Source: a plasmid. Taken from it: a stretch of DNA of 64,000 nucleotides. Under the pieces are notes generated by a model, which was not told the origin of the DNA, searched no databases, and saw only the letters and a list, made by a program, of their open reading frames with translations. The position numbers were made by a program, and so were the translations under genes. The stretch lies in NCBI RefSeq assembly GCF_053078305.1, contig NZ_CP166875.1; one strand, 5' to 3'. Position 1 is the stretch's first letter; the number at the start of each line of letters is the position of its first letter. Below, piece by piece: positions 51,644 through 61,821 of the stretch.

Positions 51644-52570
51644 TCATCCGCCATAATGCGCCACCTTGTCGACTATCCACGCAGGTCCGGTGACTTCCGG
51701 CAGCTCATCGTCATCTGTCGGGGAAGACCATTCCAGTTCCCCCCACAGCACATCAACGAGCTCTCCGCGCTCATACAACTGCCAGCCACAGAAATCACAG
51801 CCCTGTTCGGCATACCAGTGCTCCAGCGTGCAGCTGAAACGGCGGCTTAATTCTGCAATAACGTCGCTTTCCGGCTGACACCACGGCGTGTCGAAATCAA
51901 CCTGAATGAAGTTGTCTCCCTGACTACTGATATTCACCTCATACCCCACAGGCCACTTCACGCCATACCGTTCCGTATACCAGTGATATGCAGAAGGAAC
52001 ACCGTTCAGAACACCACCGTTAAAGCCATTCACTTCAACATCCAGGCGGGTCGGCAGAACCGTCAGCAGGTCAAACGGCATGGTTTTTTCCGGCAGTACG
52101 TTGTCACACAGACGGTTCCACCACACCGATACATCCTCGTTACTCCAGAAGCCACACCAGTCACCTCTTTTTGCGGTGAAAAGTGCGGTGATGGTATCCC
52201 TGACATCGTCCGGTAATCCTTTCCAGCGACGCTGTCCAGTACCGCTCTGCAGCCAGAGTTCATGCAGCATCAGGCAGTTTTGCTCATCCAGCAGTACACC
52301 GTCCTGCAGGTGTGTCAGCCAGCGGGTGAACGCGATATTCTCCGGCGATACAACGCCACGTCCGGCAGCCGTCAGTCCGGGGCATGGTTCAAACCGCACA
52401 TCTTCAGTGGTCTGCAGAAGTCCGGCACTTCCGGCCAGAAACAGCTGAATACCTTCATTTGTGGCGCGGCGATAAAGCGGTGTGACTGCACCGCTGGCCA
52501 GTCGTTTAATCTCAGCAATCTGTGCCGGTTCACCAGAAAAATGCATACGATTTGAGCACCAGTTTGGCAT
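51644..52570 (-). CDS. hypothetical protein (MPNWCSNR N-terminus)
   Basis: Start at 52570 preceded by gagaggag; ~308 aa. Confidence 0.55.
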   Translation of the reverse strand: MPNWCSNRMHFSGEPAQIAEIKRLASGAVTPLYRRATNEGIQLFLAGSAGLLQTTEDVRFEPCPGLTAAGRGVVSPENIAFTRWLTHLQDGVLLDEQNCLMLHELWLQSGTGQRRWKGLPDDVRDTITALFTAKRGDWCGFWSNEDVSVWWNRLCDNVLPEKTMPFDLLTVLPTRLDVEVNGFNGGVLNGVPSAYHWYTERYGVKWPVGYEVNISSQGDNFIQVDFDTPWCQPESDVIAELSRRFSCTLEHWYAEQGCDFCGWQLYERGELVDVLWGELEWSSPTDDDELPEVTGPAWIVDKVAHYGG

Positions 52571-52922
52571 GGGAATTCTCCTCTCACATGCGGCCTCCAT
52601 CAGGCCGTGCCGCACCTGTAACCGGGCGACCGCATACGAATGCAGGTGCGGCCCCGAAGCCGCATCGCGTGGAGGAGGAACGACGAAACGTGACCGGGTG
52701 AGGAGGCTGGCGACAGCGACACACTTGCATCGGATGCAGCCCGGTTAACGTGCCGGCACGGCCTGGGTAACCAGGTATTTTATTCACAGAACCGTGCGCA
52801 AAATGCTGTGGATAAGCTGGACACAGCAGTCCACAGCAGGCATACAGCCACCCCCTCAGAGAATTGAGCGTTTTTTAGTCACAATAATGACATTTGACTG
52901 TGTGGATTCAGTTATTAGAATG

Positions 52923-52938
52923 CTGTATATACATACAG
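52923..52938. promoter_or_regulatory. LexA (SOS) box CTGTATATACATACAG upstream of impC
   Basis: Matches CTGT-N8-ACAG consensus; sits ~25 bp upstream of impC start. Confidence 0.65.
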
Positions 52939-52961
52939 CAATAGAAAAGGGAGATGAGAAC

Positions 52962-53210
52962 ATGATCCGCATTGAAATTCTTTTCGACCGCCAGAGCACA
53001 AAAAACCTCAAATCAGGCACACTTCAGGCGCTACAGAATGAAATCGAACAACGTCTGAAACCACACTACCCGGAAATCTGGCTGCGTATAGACCAGGGCA
53101 GCGCCCCGTCTGTATCTGTCACAGGAGCCCGCAACGACAAGGATAAAGAACGTATCCTGTCTCTGCTGGAAGAAATCTGGCAGGACGACAGCTGGCTGCC
53201 TGCAGCATGA
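52962..53210 (+). CDS. impC: ImpC (DinI-like)
   Basis: 82-aa DinI-like protein; ATG preceded by aaaagggaga. Confidence 0.75.
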   Translation: MIRIEILFDRQSTKNLKSGTLQALQNEIEQRLKPHYPEIWLRIDQGSAPSVSVTGARNDKDKERILSLLEEIWQDDSWLPAA

Positions 53211-53644
53211 GTACCGTTTATCACCGTCCGGCTGACCCTTCAGGCGATGACAGTTACGTGCGACCGTTGTTTGCCGATCGTTGCCAGGCCGGTTTTCCTT
53301 CGCCTGCCACTGATTATGCTGAGCAGGAACTGGATCTGAACAGCTATTGCATCAGCAGACCTGCAGCCACCTTCTTTCTGCGCGCCAGCGGTGAATCGAT
53401 GAACCAGGCTGGCGTGCAGAATGGTGATCTGCTGGTAGTGGACAGGGGCGAAAAACCACAACACGGGGACATCGTTATCGCTGAGATCGACGGTGAGTTC
53501 ACCGTCAAACGACTGCTGTTGCGCCCACGCCCGGCACTGGAGCCGGTTTCAGACAGCCCGGAATTCCGCACACTGTATCCGGAAAACATCTGTATTTTTG
53601 GTGTTGTCACTCACGTGATACACAGGACGCGGGAGTTACGCTGA
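53207..53644 (+). CDS. impA: ImpA (UmuD-like, LexA-type self-cleaving protein)
   Basis: 145 aa with S24 peptidase-like motifs GESM and KRL. Confidence 0.88.
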   Translation: MSTVYHRPADPSGDDSYVRPLFADRCQAGFPSPATDYAEQELDLNSYCISRPAATFFLRASGESMNQAGVQNGDLLVVDRGEKPQHGDIVIAEIDGEFTVKRLLLRPRPALEPVSDSPEFRTLYPENICIFGVVTHVIHRTRELR

Positions 53645-54918
53645 TGTTTGCACTGGCTGATATCAACAGTTTCTACGCCTCATGTGAAAAAGTTTTCCGC
53701 CCGGACCTTCGCAACGAACCGGTCATCGTACTCAGCAATAACGATGGCTGTGTGATCGCGCGCAGCCCGGAGGCAAAAGCCCTTGGCATCAGAATGGGGC
53801 AGCCCTTGTTTCAGGTGAGACAAATGCGCCTGGAGAAGAAAATACATGTATTTTCCAGCAATTATGCGCTGTACCACAGCATGAGCCAACGGGTCATGGC
53901 TGTTCTGGAGTCGCTTTCTCCCGCAGTTGAGCCCTACTCAATTGATGAAATGTTTATTGATTTGCGGGGGATAAATCATTGCATCTCTCCGGAGTTTTTT
54001 GGTCATCAGCTCAGGGAACAGGTAAAGAGCTGGACAGGACTCACCATGGGGGTGGGCATTGCGCCTACAAAAACGCTGGCTAAAAGTGCACAGTGGGCAA
54101 CAAAGCAATGGCCACAGTTTTCCGGTGTGGTCGCGCTGACGGCAGAAAACCGTAATCGGATCTTGAAGCTACTGGGACTGCAGCCAGTTGGTGAGGTCTG
54201 GGGAGTAGGACACAGACTGACGGAAAAGCTGAATGCGCTGGGTATTAACACAGCACTGCAGCTGGCGCAGGCTAACACGGCATTCATCCGGAAAAACTTC
54301 AGCGTCATTCTTGAGCGTACGGTACGCGAACTCAACGGCGAGTCCTGCATATCCCTGGAAGAAGCACCACCGGCAAAACAGCAGATTGTCTGTAGTCGCA
54401 GTTTTGGTGAACGAATCACAGACAAAGATGCCATGCACCAGGCTGTTGTTCAGTATGCAGAGCGGGCCGCAGAGAAACTACGTGGGGAGCGTCAGTATTG
54501 CCGGCAGGTGACGACATTTGTACGGACATCCCCCTTTGCAGTAAAAGAACCCTGTTACAGCAATGCCGCTGTGGAAAAGCTTCCATTGCCCACACAGGAC
54601 AGCCGGGACATTATTGCCGCCGCATGCAGAGCCTTAAACCATGTCTGGCGTGAAGGGTACCGCTATATGAAGGCAGGAGTCATGCTGGCTGATTTCACAC
54701 CATCGGGTATAGCGCAGCCGGGATTATTTGATGAAATCCAGCCCCGTAAAAACAGTGAAAAGTTAATGAAAACACTCGATGAACTGAACCAGTCGGGAAA
54801 AGGGAAAGTGTGGTTTGCGGGGCGAGGAACCGCCCCTGAATGGCAAATGAAACGGGAAATGTTGAGTCAGTGTTATACAACTAAATGGCGAGATATTCCC
54901 CTGGCCAGGCTGGGTTAG
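53644..54918 (+). CDS. impB: ImpB (UmuC-like Y-family polymerase subunit)
   Basis: 424 aa starting MFALADINSFYAS. Confidence 0.9.
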   Translation: MFALADINSFYASCEKVFRPDLRNEPVIVLSNNDGCVIARSPEAKALGIRMGQPLFQVRQMRLEKKIHVFSSNYALYHSMSQRVMAVLESLSPAVEPYSIDEMFIDLRGINHCISPEFFGHQLREQVKSWTGLTMGVGIAPTKTLAKSAQWATKQWPQFSGVVALTAENRNRILKLLGLQPVGEVWGVGHRLTEKLNALGINTALQLAQANTAFIRKNFSVILERTVRELNGESCISLEEAPPAKQQIVCSRSFGERITDKDAMHQAVVQYAERAAEKLRGERQYCRQVTTFVRTSPFAVKEPCYSNAAVEKLPLPTQDSRDIIAAACRALNHVWREGYRYMKAGVMLADFTPSGIAQPGLFDEIQPRKNSEKLMKTLDELNQSGKGKVWFAGRGTAPEWQMKREMLSQCYTTKWRDIPLARLG

Positions 54919-54919
54919 T

Positions 54920-55336
54920 TCAGTCATCTCCGAACATATTTTCAGCGTTTCTTCTGGTCTGGTCTTCACCGTCATTTCTCGACAGACTCTGCTCTGTAAG
55001 AGGAGTACTGCAATCCACAGACGTATGGAGACCAGATTGTTTTTCCAGTAATTCAAGCAATTTCTTTTCAACCGAAAAAGCACCTGGTATCACGCTGGAA
55101 ATCACCTTATTAATATCATCCAGAGTCGTATTTTCTGTCAGTAACTCCGATATCAGCAAAGGAAGACGTTTATCTATAGCTGCAAACGCCGCACCAGTAA
55201 CTAACATCGCGCGCATGAAACGTCCCCGCTCCTTCAGTTTTTCATTTGCAATGAGCTCATCTGCTATCTTATCTCCTGTCCGTTCATCCGGGAAAAGTTC
55301 AAATGAGCAGCGTCTGGATTTATTTTCATCACTCAT
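54920..55336 (-). CDS. ParR/StbB-like partition adaptor
   Basis: 138-aa ORF immediately downstream of and overlapping parM. Confidence 0.5.
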   Translation of the reverse strand: MSDENKSRRCSFELFPDERTGDKIADELIANEKLKERGRFMRAMLVTGAAFAAIDKRLPLLISELLTENTTLDDINKVISSVIPGAFSVEKKLLELLEKQSGLHTSVDCSTPLTEQSLSRNDGEDQTRRNAENMFGDD

Positions 55337-56309
55337 TAGTCACACCACCTTTCATTTTTATCATTCCCATGACTAAATCAAACTGCGGGGATGAGCTCAG
55401 ATAAAAGCGCTCATCAGGAACCTTAGTCAGGTTCTTCACAGCCTCGGCCACAATTTCAGCCCCACCACCAACACACATTACATGTGTATAGTCGGTGAAA
55501 CGGCTGATGACATCATTAACTCGTTTAATAAGCAACTTCTGCCGTTCATTGATAACATTAATGATAGACTCACGCTGTTCAGCATTATAAATGCGACGGG
55601 AAAGGTAGTCAGGTTCATTACGGTGCACAATGATATTGTCAGCCTGGAATGAGCTCACTCTTGTATTAGCATGTACAGCCATCTGTTCCTTAACCCCGGA
55701 TGTAATCAGGGACACGCCGATATTCGGATCACACCAGGTTTTTGTAATCCCTGTCATTTTGCTACGAACATGCGACACATCAAGAGTTGTACCACCGAGA
55801 TCTACGATCAAAAGGGATTCATCATCCTCAAGCCCCGCAAGAACACTGAAACCAGCGGGAATACTTTCAGGAAGAACGGAAACACTGCGAATAACAAATG
55901 CATCACTCCCCTGCACCCGTACTTCACGCATCACATTTTTTTTCTTTCTTTCAATGTTTTGCTTATTTTTCTGATTGTTGGCGTCAAGGTATTCAGAGAT
56001 CGGCAATGTGACGATGACATCAACAGGCTGCGCTTTCAGGCCGGTCTGCTGTAGCGCATGCTGAATGGCCACAACATTCACATCACTGTACTGATAGCGT
56101 GTTTCAGTCGTTACGACAGCATCAGCACTTAATGGATCAAATGAAAACTTCTCGCCGTCGATCTCGTAATTAGCCGGGGCAGCATCATCCAGTAAACTAA
56201 AAGACCATTCCGGTTTAAAGCTGTTAGGGCTGATTAACGTTTTCACGTCACCATCCTCCAACCAGGCAAGTTTAATGTTGGTAGAACCATCATCAATAAA
56301 GATTTTCAT
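55329..56309 (-). CDS. parM: ParM/StbA actin-like segregation ATPase
   Basis: Start at MKIFIDDGSTNIKL; similar throughout to remembered R1 ParM. Confidence 0.85.
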   Translation of the reverse strand: MKIFIDDGSTNIKLAWLEDGDVKTLISPNSFKPEWSFSLLDDAAPANYEIDGEKFSFDPLSADAVVTTETRYQYSDVNVVAIQHALQQTGLKAQPVDVIVTLPISEYLDANNQKNKQNIERKKKNVMREVRVQGSDAFVIRSVSVLPESIPAGFSVLAGLEDDESLLIVDLGGTTLDVSHVRSKMTGITKTWCDPNIGVSLITSGVKEQMAVHANTRVSSFQADNIIVHRNEPDYLSRRIYNAEQRESIINVINERQKLLIKRVNDVISRFTDYTHVMCVGGGAEIVAEAVKNLTKVPDERFYLSSSPQFDLVMGMIKMKGGVTNE

Positions 56310-56722
56310 AACCAGTCTCCGTTGCTCATAAACAAATAGAAAAAACAAACATGCTTCATACATGCAATGTATATTTAATTATAATGAAAAAATGGTCTTT
56401 CTGAAAGGAGAAATACAACATAAAAACACGATAAATTGCATGTGCATTGTACACACAACTTTAAGACCAGAGGAAATCATAGATACAAAAACATTATGAA
56501 GGTTATATGTAATACATAAATGCAATATAAAAACATCTTTGACATCATGGTTCAGGTTAAGGGAAAAGGAATGACATGGTGAAACTGAGAGGAAAGGAAA
56601 GCGGTGACGAATCATGTCACCATAAACAGAAAGATGTCTAATGGGGACTCTTTAGGTACGTGAAGAATCCCCATAACGCATTTAAAAGACACACATCAGA
56701 TACCCTTAAGGTATCCGATAGT

Positions 56723-57031
56723 TTATTGACCTATTGCACCATCACGTTCAAGCTTCTCTCTTATAGCCTCAATAATATATGAGCTAAAATCCAGAGATGT
56801 TTTACTGGTCGCTTTAAGTTCCGCATGAGCTTCAAAATACGACAGCGGTATGGCCTTAAGATTCTTAGCCTTCGTCCTGGCAGCCACGGGACGACCTGAA
56901 ACTTCCTCTGCACCTTCATTTGGCTGAGACGGGGCTGTTGCTGTTACGGCAGAAGAAGAAGTTTGTAATCTGGCAGAATCCACCAGGTTTTTCAGTTTTT
57001 CAGCCTGTGCACTAAATTTCGCTTTGCTCAT
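56723..57031 (-). CDS. small partition adaptor downstream of parA (ParG/ParB-like)
   Basis: 102 aa with flexible N-terminus and C-terminal ribbon-helix-helix-like region. Confidence 0.45.
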   Translation of the reverse strand: MSKAKFSAQAEKLKNLVDSARLQTSSSAVTATAPSQPNEGAEEVSGRPVAARTKAKNLKAIPLSYFEAHAELKATSKTSLDFSSYIIEAIREKLERDGAIGQ

Positions 57032-57117
57032 GAGATAACCAAGGATGTTTGTTAGATACTTAAAAGATATCCATTAAAAGCCCAAAGGATACTATATGGA
57101 TACCCAATAGATACACC

Positions 57118-57762
57118 TTACTGTTTGTTATTTTCAATCAGATGATTGATTTCTTCGATCAGGGCAATAACTTCCTTACCTCCTGCCGAATAGCGCCCAT
57201 GAACAGACTCAGTGATTCCCATCCCAGTCTCAATGACATCCTCAAATTCTGCACGAGCAGAAATGCGGCTCTTCATCAGTTTCAGATGTTTGAACGATGG
57301 CAGGATTGCATCAAGCTTAGGGAATTTCTTCTTGTTAGGATTAACTTTACAGAGATACAGGTGAGCAGTTATATCGGTCCCCATGATAGAGCTGATTTCG
57401 TCCAGTACTCCATCAAAATGCATCAAACCAATACGTTCAGTCAGGGAGTCTTTTGAAGGGACAATAACGCAGTCTGCAAAGGCAATCGCAGTACGGGTAA
57501 GATCTGAGTCAAATCCCCCACAGTCAATAAGTAACGTCTTATCGCTGTTCTTGTAGGGAGTCATAATTTCGATTAACTCATCCACTGTTTTGGGTACTTT
57601 CACGGAAATTTCTTTTCCTTCAGGTCTCAGTCCCAGAATGATAGAAAGCCCGGTATGAGTATCCAGATCAACTGTATCAGACTTCATTTCACCAACAATG
57701 TTTACGGATGAAGTTGTCTTACCCACACCACCTTTGGGATGCGTATTAGCAATAACAGGCAT
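57118..57762 (-). CDS. parA: ParA/ParF-type Walker partition ATPase
   Basis: Start at MPVIANTHPKGGVGKTT preceded by ggaga; deviant Walker A. Confidence 0.85.
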   Translation of the reverse strand: MPVIANTHPKGGVGKTTSSVNIVGEMKSDTVDLDTHTGLSIILGLRPEGKEISVKVPKTVDELIEIMTPYKNSDKTLLIDCGGFDSDLTRTAIAFADCVIVPSKDSLTERIGLMHFDGVLDEISSIMGTDITAHLYLCKVNPNKKKFPKLDAILPSFKHLKLMKSRISARAEFEDVIETGMGITESVHGRYSAGGKEVIALIEEINHLIENNKQ

Positions 57763-57942
57763 AGTGTATCTCCAGAATCCACATGTAATACCCATAAAGA
57801 ACCCCCAAAGACACCTTTCGGATATCCAAGAGGTACTCAATAGATGTTTTTTTACTCTATACCGGTCCTGCATGTCAACAGAATATGAAATACCGATAAT
57901 ATATCCATGAGATATCCGAAAGGGATTTAAAAAAGTCAGAGC

Positions 57943-58722
57943 TTAAGGAATTCTTTTGAGCATAGACACCGCATCGGACTCAGGCATCGAAAACTGCACC
58001 CGGTGCCGTGCAGCCACATCCAGCGCAAACACCTTCGTGTAGACCTCTGTTGAGCTGATGGACTTATGCCCCATCAGGCTCTGCAGGACCTTCAGTGGTA
58101 TACCGGCATACAGCATGTGCATCGCATAGGAATGGCGGAACGTATGTGGAGTGACCGGGACAGAAAACGTCACACCATCAGCGGCAGCGGCGGCAACCGC
58201 TTCCCCAATCCAAGTCCTGGCCGTTCTGTCCGTCACTTCCCAGATCCGCGCTTTCTCTGTCCTGCCTGTTCGTTTATTACGCCGTTCCATGGGGATTTTC
58301 AGTGTGGCCATCATCGTCTGCAGCTGGCTGACGTACTGGTGATCTGAGAGCGGAACCAGGCGGTGTGTCTGCGCACCGGCTGCCGGACGTCCTGCCGTTC
58401 TGCCGGCTTTTTCCGTTCGCTGCTTGAGGGTCGCCAGCTGGACGAACGGGTAGGGAGATGTCAACTGAAAGTCATTCCGGGTCAGGGCCAGCGCTTCATT
58501 AATACGCGCGCCGGTGTTCCATAAAGTGGCCAGCAGCATTTTTCGGTGAAGGTCGGGCACGTAGTGGAGCAGGGCGCTGATTTCGGGCGCCAGCAGGTAT
58601 TTCGGCAGTTCGTCCTGAACGAGGGCCATCTGGCGCAGGGCCAGCGCCGCAGGGTAGTCGATGGCTACCGGCAACTGAGCAGTTGTCAACGAAACACCCT
58701 GACCTGGAACTGTCGGCATCAT
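57943..58722 (-). CDS. tyrosine site-specific recombinase (multimer-resolution type)
   Basis: 259 aa with catalytic-region motifs HTFRHSYA and Y. Confidence 0.85.
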   Translation of the reverse strand: MMPTVPGQGVSLTTAQLPVAIDYPAALALRQMALVQDELPKYLLAPEISALLHYVPDLHRKMLLATLWNTGARINEALALTRNDFQLTSPYPFVQLATLKQRTEKAGRTAGRPAAGAQTHRLVPLSDHQYVSQLQTMMATLKIPMERRNKRTGRTEKARIWEVTDRTARTWIGEAVAAAAADGVTFSVPVTPHTFRHSYAMHMLYAGIPLKVLQSLMGHKSISSTEVYTKVFALDVAARHRVQFSMPESDAVSMLKRIP

Positions 58723-58734
58723 TGTTTGTCGTCC

Positions 58735-59127
58735 TTAGCCATTGAGTCCATTGTGCTCTCCGGCTTCATTGGTTGTTGCGTGTCCGGCTTCAGCTTTAAT
58801 GATCGCGGTGACGGCTTTGTCTACTGAGAATGGGCGCAACTCCTGATTACTGAACCGAACTTTAAAACAAAGGTGCTGGGCATACTGCCCGTTCTGCCGT
58901 AACTCGTAATCAACAACAAAGGCAACGATGTGGCGGCCGTTCAGTTCCCAGCCTGGCGAAGCACCGCAGTAGCGGATGTAGAGATCTGACAGCTCGTCAA
59001 AGAACTCGCCTTCAGTTACTGGGCCGGATGCTCTTACCTCGTCACGCCGGGTCATGAAGTGATCCACGGCTGCCTTTTTGGAAGAAAACTCCCGTCCCCC
59101 GATAATCACCTTAGTGGAACGCCCCAT
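58735..59127 (-). CDS. hypothetical protein upstream of the recombinase
   Basis: 130 aa; ATG preceded by aaggag. Confidence 0.5.
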   Translation of the reverse strand: MGRSTKVIIGGREFSSKKAAVDHFMTRRDEVRASGPVTEGEFFDELSDLYIRYCGASPGWELNGRHIVAFVVDYELRQNGQYAQHLCFKVRFSNQELRPFSVDKAVTAIIKAEAGHATTNEAGEHNGLNG

Positions 59128-60121
59128 CCTTAACTCCTTTCTGGTTATGCAGCATTATTGTGAAATCCCGCCAGCCCTGGTGTGAGTGCCCTGCTTTCCG
59201 GCAGGACACTCAGTTTATCCCGGCGTGTAAGAAAAACCCTTTTTATCGAAGGCGGCTTTCTTACATACCTGGTTTACCGCTGGAGGAGCAGATACACGAT
59301 ACTAAGTATCGTAGGCAGGCATTTATAAAGCAGTGTCAGTACCATCTTTTTAATTGATAACTTCATAAACTAGCTGATATCTGTCTTGCTTTTCGTTGGT
59401 TTCATAGAAGCTCCTTTGCTTCTGATTAAAGCCAACATTATGCGCAAAGTTACATTTGAGTAGGGGATCAACAAAAAATTTCTTCCCTTCTCAAGATCAT
59501 TCTGATGACGATTCTGATCGCCCTCTCCAGTACAGTGATAACGCAGAAAACAATCACCATCAGCAACCATCCATACCACCGATAACCTGCCTGACTGTCA
59601 CTCTGATGGATTTTCCCTGCCGTAATGTTTACTTCTTATGATAATTCGCAGACATATAAAAACTACACTAAATTACTGGATGCCGGTTTTCAGATGATCC
59701 GATTTTCTGACTATACACGACTTTCCGGAAGTGTAGCACGCCTGAAGAATAAGCGAAGCGCTGTTTTCCGCCCCAGCGCGGCGCATCACAGGTCAGGGAG
59801 ATGACACAACATATAGTGTCACAAGCAGATGAATCCGGCACTACATATTGTGCTGACGGAAGATGGCGCTGTGCGGAGGGAGAGGAAGATCCGTGACCCA
59901 GGGTTTTCGGATCTGCGCGGCAGAAAAGCCGGAAACCGGATCTGCGCGGCGGGAAACGGGCAGGTGATATGATAATTAAGCAACACACATAAATTCATAG
60001 CAGACATGATTTTAATCATCAGTAATGAAATAATATCTGATATTATCAGAAATCGATAACACAAAAATCATATAGAATTTGATTTTTACCTGTCAGAACA
60101 TTATCAGATGGAGCGCGCAGG

Positions 60122-60379
60122 ATGGATGAAGAAAGGGTGTTTTCACTCAGCTATGAACAACTGACCCGGTTTGCGGAAAAACGCATCCGGGAATGCAATC
60201 TGGACAGCCAGGGCGCGATTTATCTCTGCGAGTCAGCCAAAGCCGGAGCCGTGCTGATCTTCTGGCATGAACTGGCCATAAATGGCTATGCCTCAATGAA
60301 TGCCATAAAGAGACAGGAGCTCATTGACGCCGACTTTCAGCGCCTCAGAAACCTCATCTGGCCGGAGAATGACAGGTAA
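60122..60379 (+). CDS. hypothetical protein
   Basis: 85-aa ORF whose stop overlaps next gene start. Confidence 0.4.
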   Translation: MDEERVFSLSYEQLTRFAEKRIRECNLDSQGAIYLCESAKAGAVLIFWHELAINGYASMNAIKRQELIDADFQRLRNLIWPENDR

Positions 60380-60969
60380 TGACCCAAAGCCGCCGACCGT
60401 CGCCACTGCAGCGGAGAGTGCTGATTGTGCTGGCTGCCCTTGATGAAAAACGGCCAGGCCCCGTGCTGACGCGGGACCTGGAACGGGTGCTGGAGCGAAG
60501 CGGGGAAGCCCCGGTCTACGGGCCAAACCTGCGCGCCTCCTGCCGTCGTCTGGAGGATGCCGGCTGGCTGCGTACCCTGCGCGCTCCGAACCTGCAGCTG
60601 GCAGTGGAGCTGACGGACGCCGGCCGGGCCGTGGCACAGCCTCTGCTGCTGGCAGAACAGGACCGCCTCCGGGCAGAACAGCGTGCGGCAGAAGTCGTCG
60701 TACTGCCGCTGATCCCGGCAGCAGGTCTGCCCGCAGACGGCACTTCTGCCACTGATCTGGCGGTGGAGCTGAACGGCATAACGTATCAGGCCTGCCGTGG
60801 GGATTTTGTGGTGCGTCTCGACGGCAGCACCTGTCTGCAGTTATGGAATAAAGAAGGCAGGGTGGTACGCCGGGAGGGCGATCCGCTGGAAGTGGCGCAG
60901 TGGCTGCAGGCCTGTCATGACGCAGGAATAGAAGTTCGCGTACAGATAAATGAAAGTGCCGCTCCGTAA
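60379..60969 (+). CDS. hypothetical GC-rich protein, possible winged-helix N-domain
   Basis: 196 aa; markedly GC-rich codon usage; overlap with upstream ORF. Confidence 0.45.
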   Translation: MTQSRRPSPLQRRVLIVLAALDEKRPGPVLTRDLERVLERSGEAPVYGPNLRASCRRLEDAGWLRTLRAPNLQLAVELTDAGRAVAQPLLLAEQDRLRAEQRAAEVVVLPLIPAAGLPADGTSATDLAVELNGITYQACRGDFVVRLDGSTCLQLWNKEGRVVRREGDPLEVAQWLQACHDAGIEVRVQINESAAP

Positions 60970-60988
60970 GAACACGCCTGTGCACGGT

Positions 60989-61336
60989 TTACACATCATC
61001 CCATGGTGGCAGCCGGTTAACTTTCCTGCGCCACCAGTGGAAAGAGGCCATGCACAGTCCGAACAAAAAACCCCCCGTGATACTTATAATAATGGCCTCA
61101 CCTGCCACCATTCCTGACGGCCCCCAGTAGATAAACCACATTGCACATCCCCAGGAAATGCCCCATAAGCCCCCCATCAGCACCGTGACCTGCCAGAACG
61201 GCATAAAGGGTAATGGCAGAAGCCGGATACCCAGCCGCCAGAGAATACGCAGAAGAGGAGGGGCATAATTGCTCCGCCACATCTTTTTGCTGTCCATCAG
61301 GGCAATGGCCCGGGCTTTTTTCTGCTCAAAGGTCAC
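60989..61336 (-). CDS. hypothetical membrane protein
   Basis: 115 aa with predicted TM helices. Confidence 0.4.
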   Translation of the reverse strand: MTFEQKKARAIALMDSKKMWRSNYAPPLLRILWRLGIRLLPLPFMPFWQVTVLMGGLWGISWGCAMWFIYWGPSGMVAGEAIIISITGGFLFGLCMASFHWWRRKVNRLPPWDDV

Positions 61337-61464
61337 AGGAGCACCTCCGTTCCATGATGTAAACGTGACACAACTTATTGTTATTGATTATTATTATCAT
61401 GCTGTGGTTATGTTGTCATGCATCAGTACATTGACAAAAGTGCAAAAGAAAGGAAAACAGGCAG

Positions 61465-61800
61465 ATGAACAGAAAATATTATTTTAATAATATGTGGTGG
61501 GGATGGTTTATGGGTGGGTATACTCTGTATATGTCATGGGATTATGAGTTTAAATACAGATTGCTGTTCTGGTGTATTTCTCTCTGCGGAATGGTTTTGT
61601 ATCCGGTTGCCAGATGGTGTATTGAAAATACTGCCCTGAAATTTACCCGGCCTGATTTCTGGAACAGCGGTTTTTTTGCTGATACTCCCGGAAAAATGGG
61701 ATTACTTGCGGTTTATACGGGTACTGTTTTCATATTATCTCTTCCGTTAACTCTGATATATATTCTTTCTGTTATCATAAAAAGGCTGTCTGTAAGATAG
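61465..61800 (+). CDS. colicin Ia/Ib-type immunity protein
   Basis: 111-aa polytopic protein starting MNRKYYFNNMWWGW, recalled as colicin Ia immunity; convergent with colicin gene. Confidence 0.8.
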   Translation: MNRKYYFNNMWWGWFMGGYTLYMSWDYEFKYRLLFWCISLCGMVLYPVARWCIENTALKFTRPDFWNSGFFADTPGKMGLLAVYTGTVFILSLPLTLIYILSVIIKRLSVR

Positions 61801-61821
61801 ACAGCCTGTCTTATATATTAT

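Noticed and set aside
60293-60985. 230-aa Pro/Arg-rich minus-strand ORF
   Set aside because: Antisense frame of the GC-rich + strand gene 60379..60969; composition typical of GC-rich shadow ORFs, though not fully excluded
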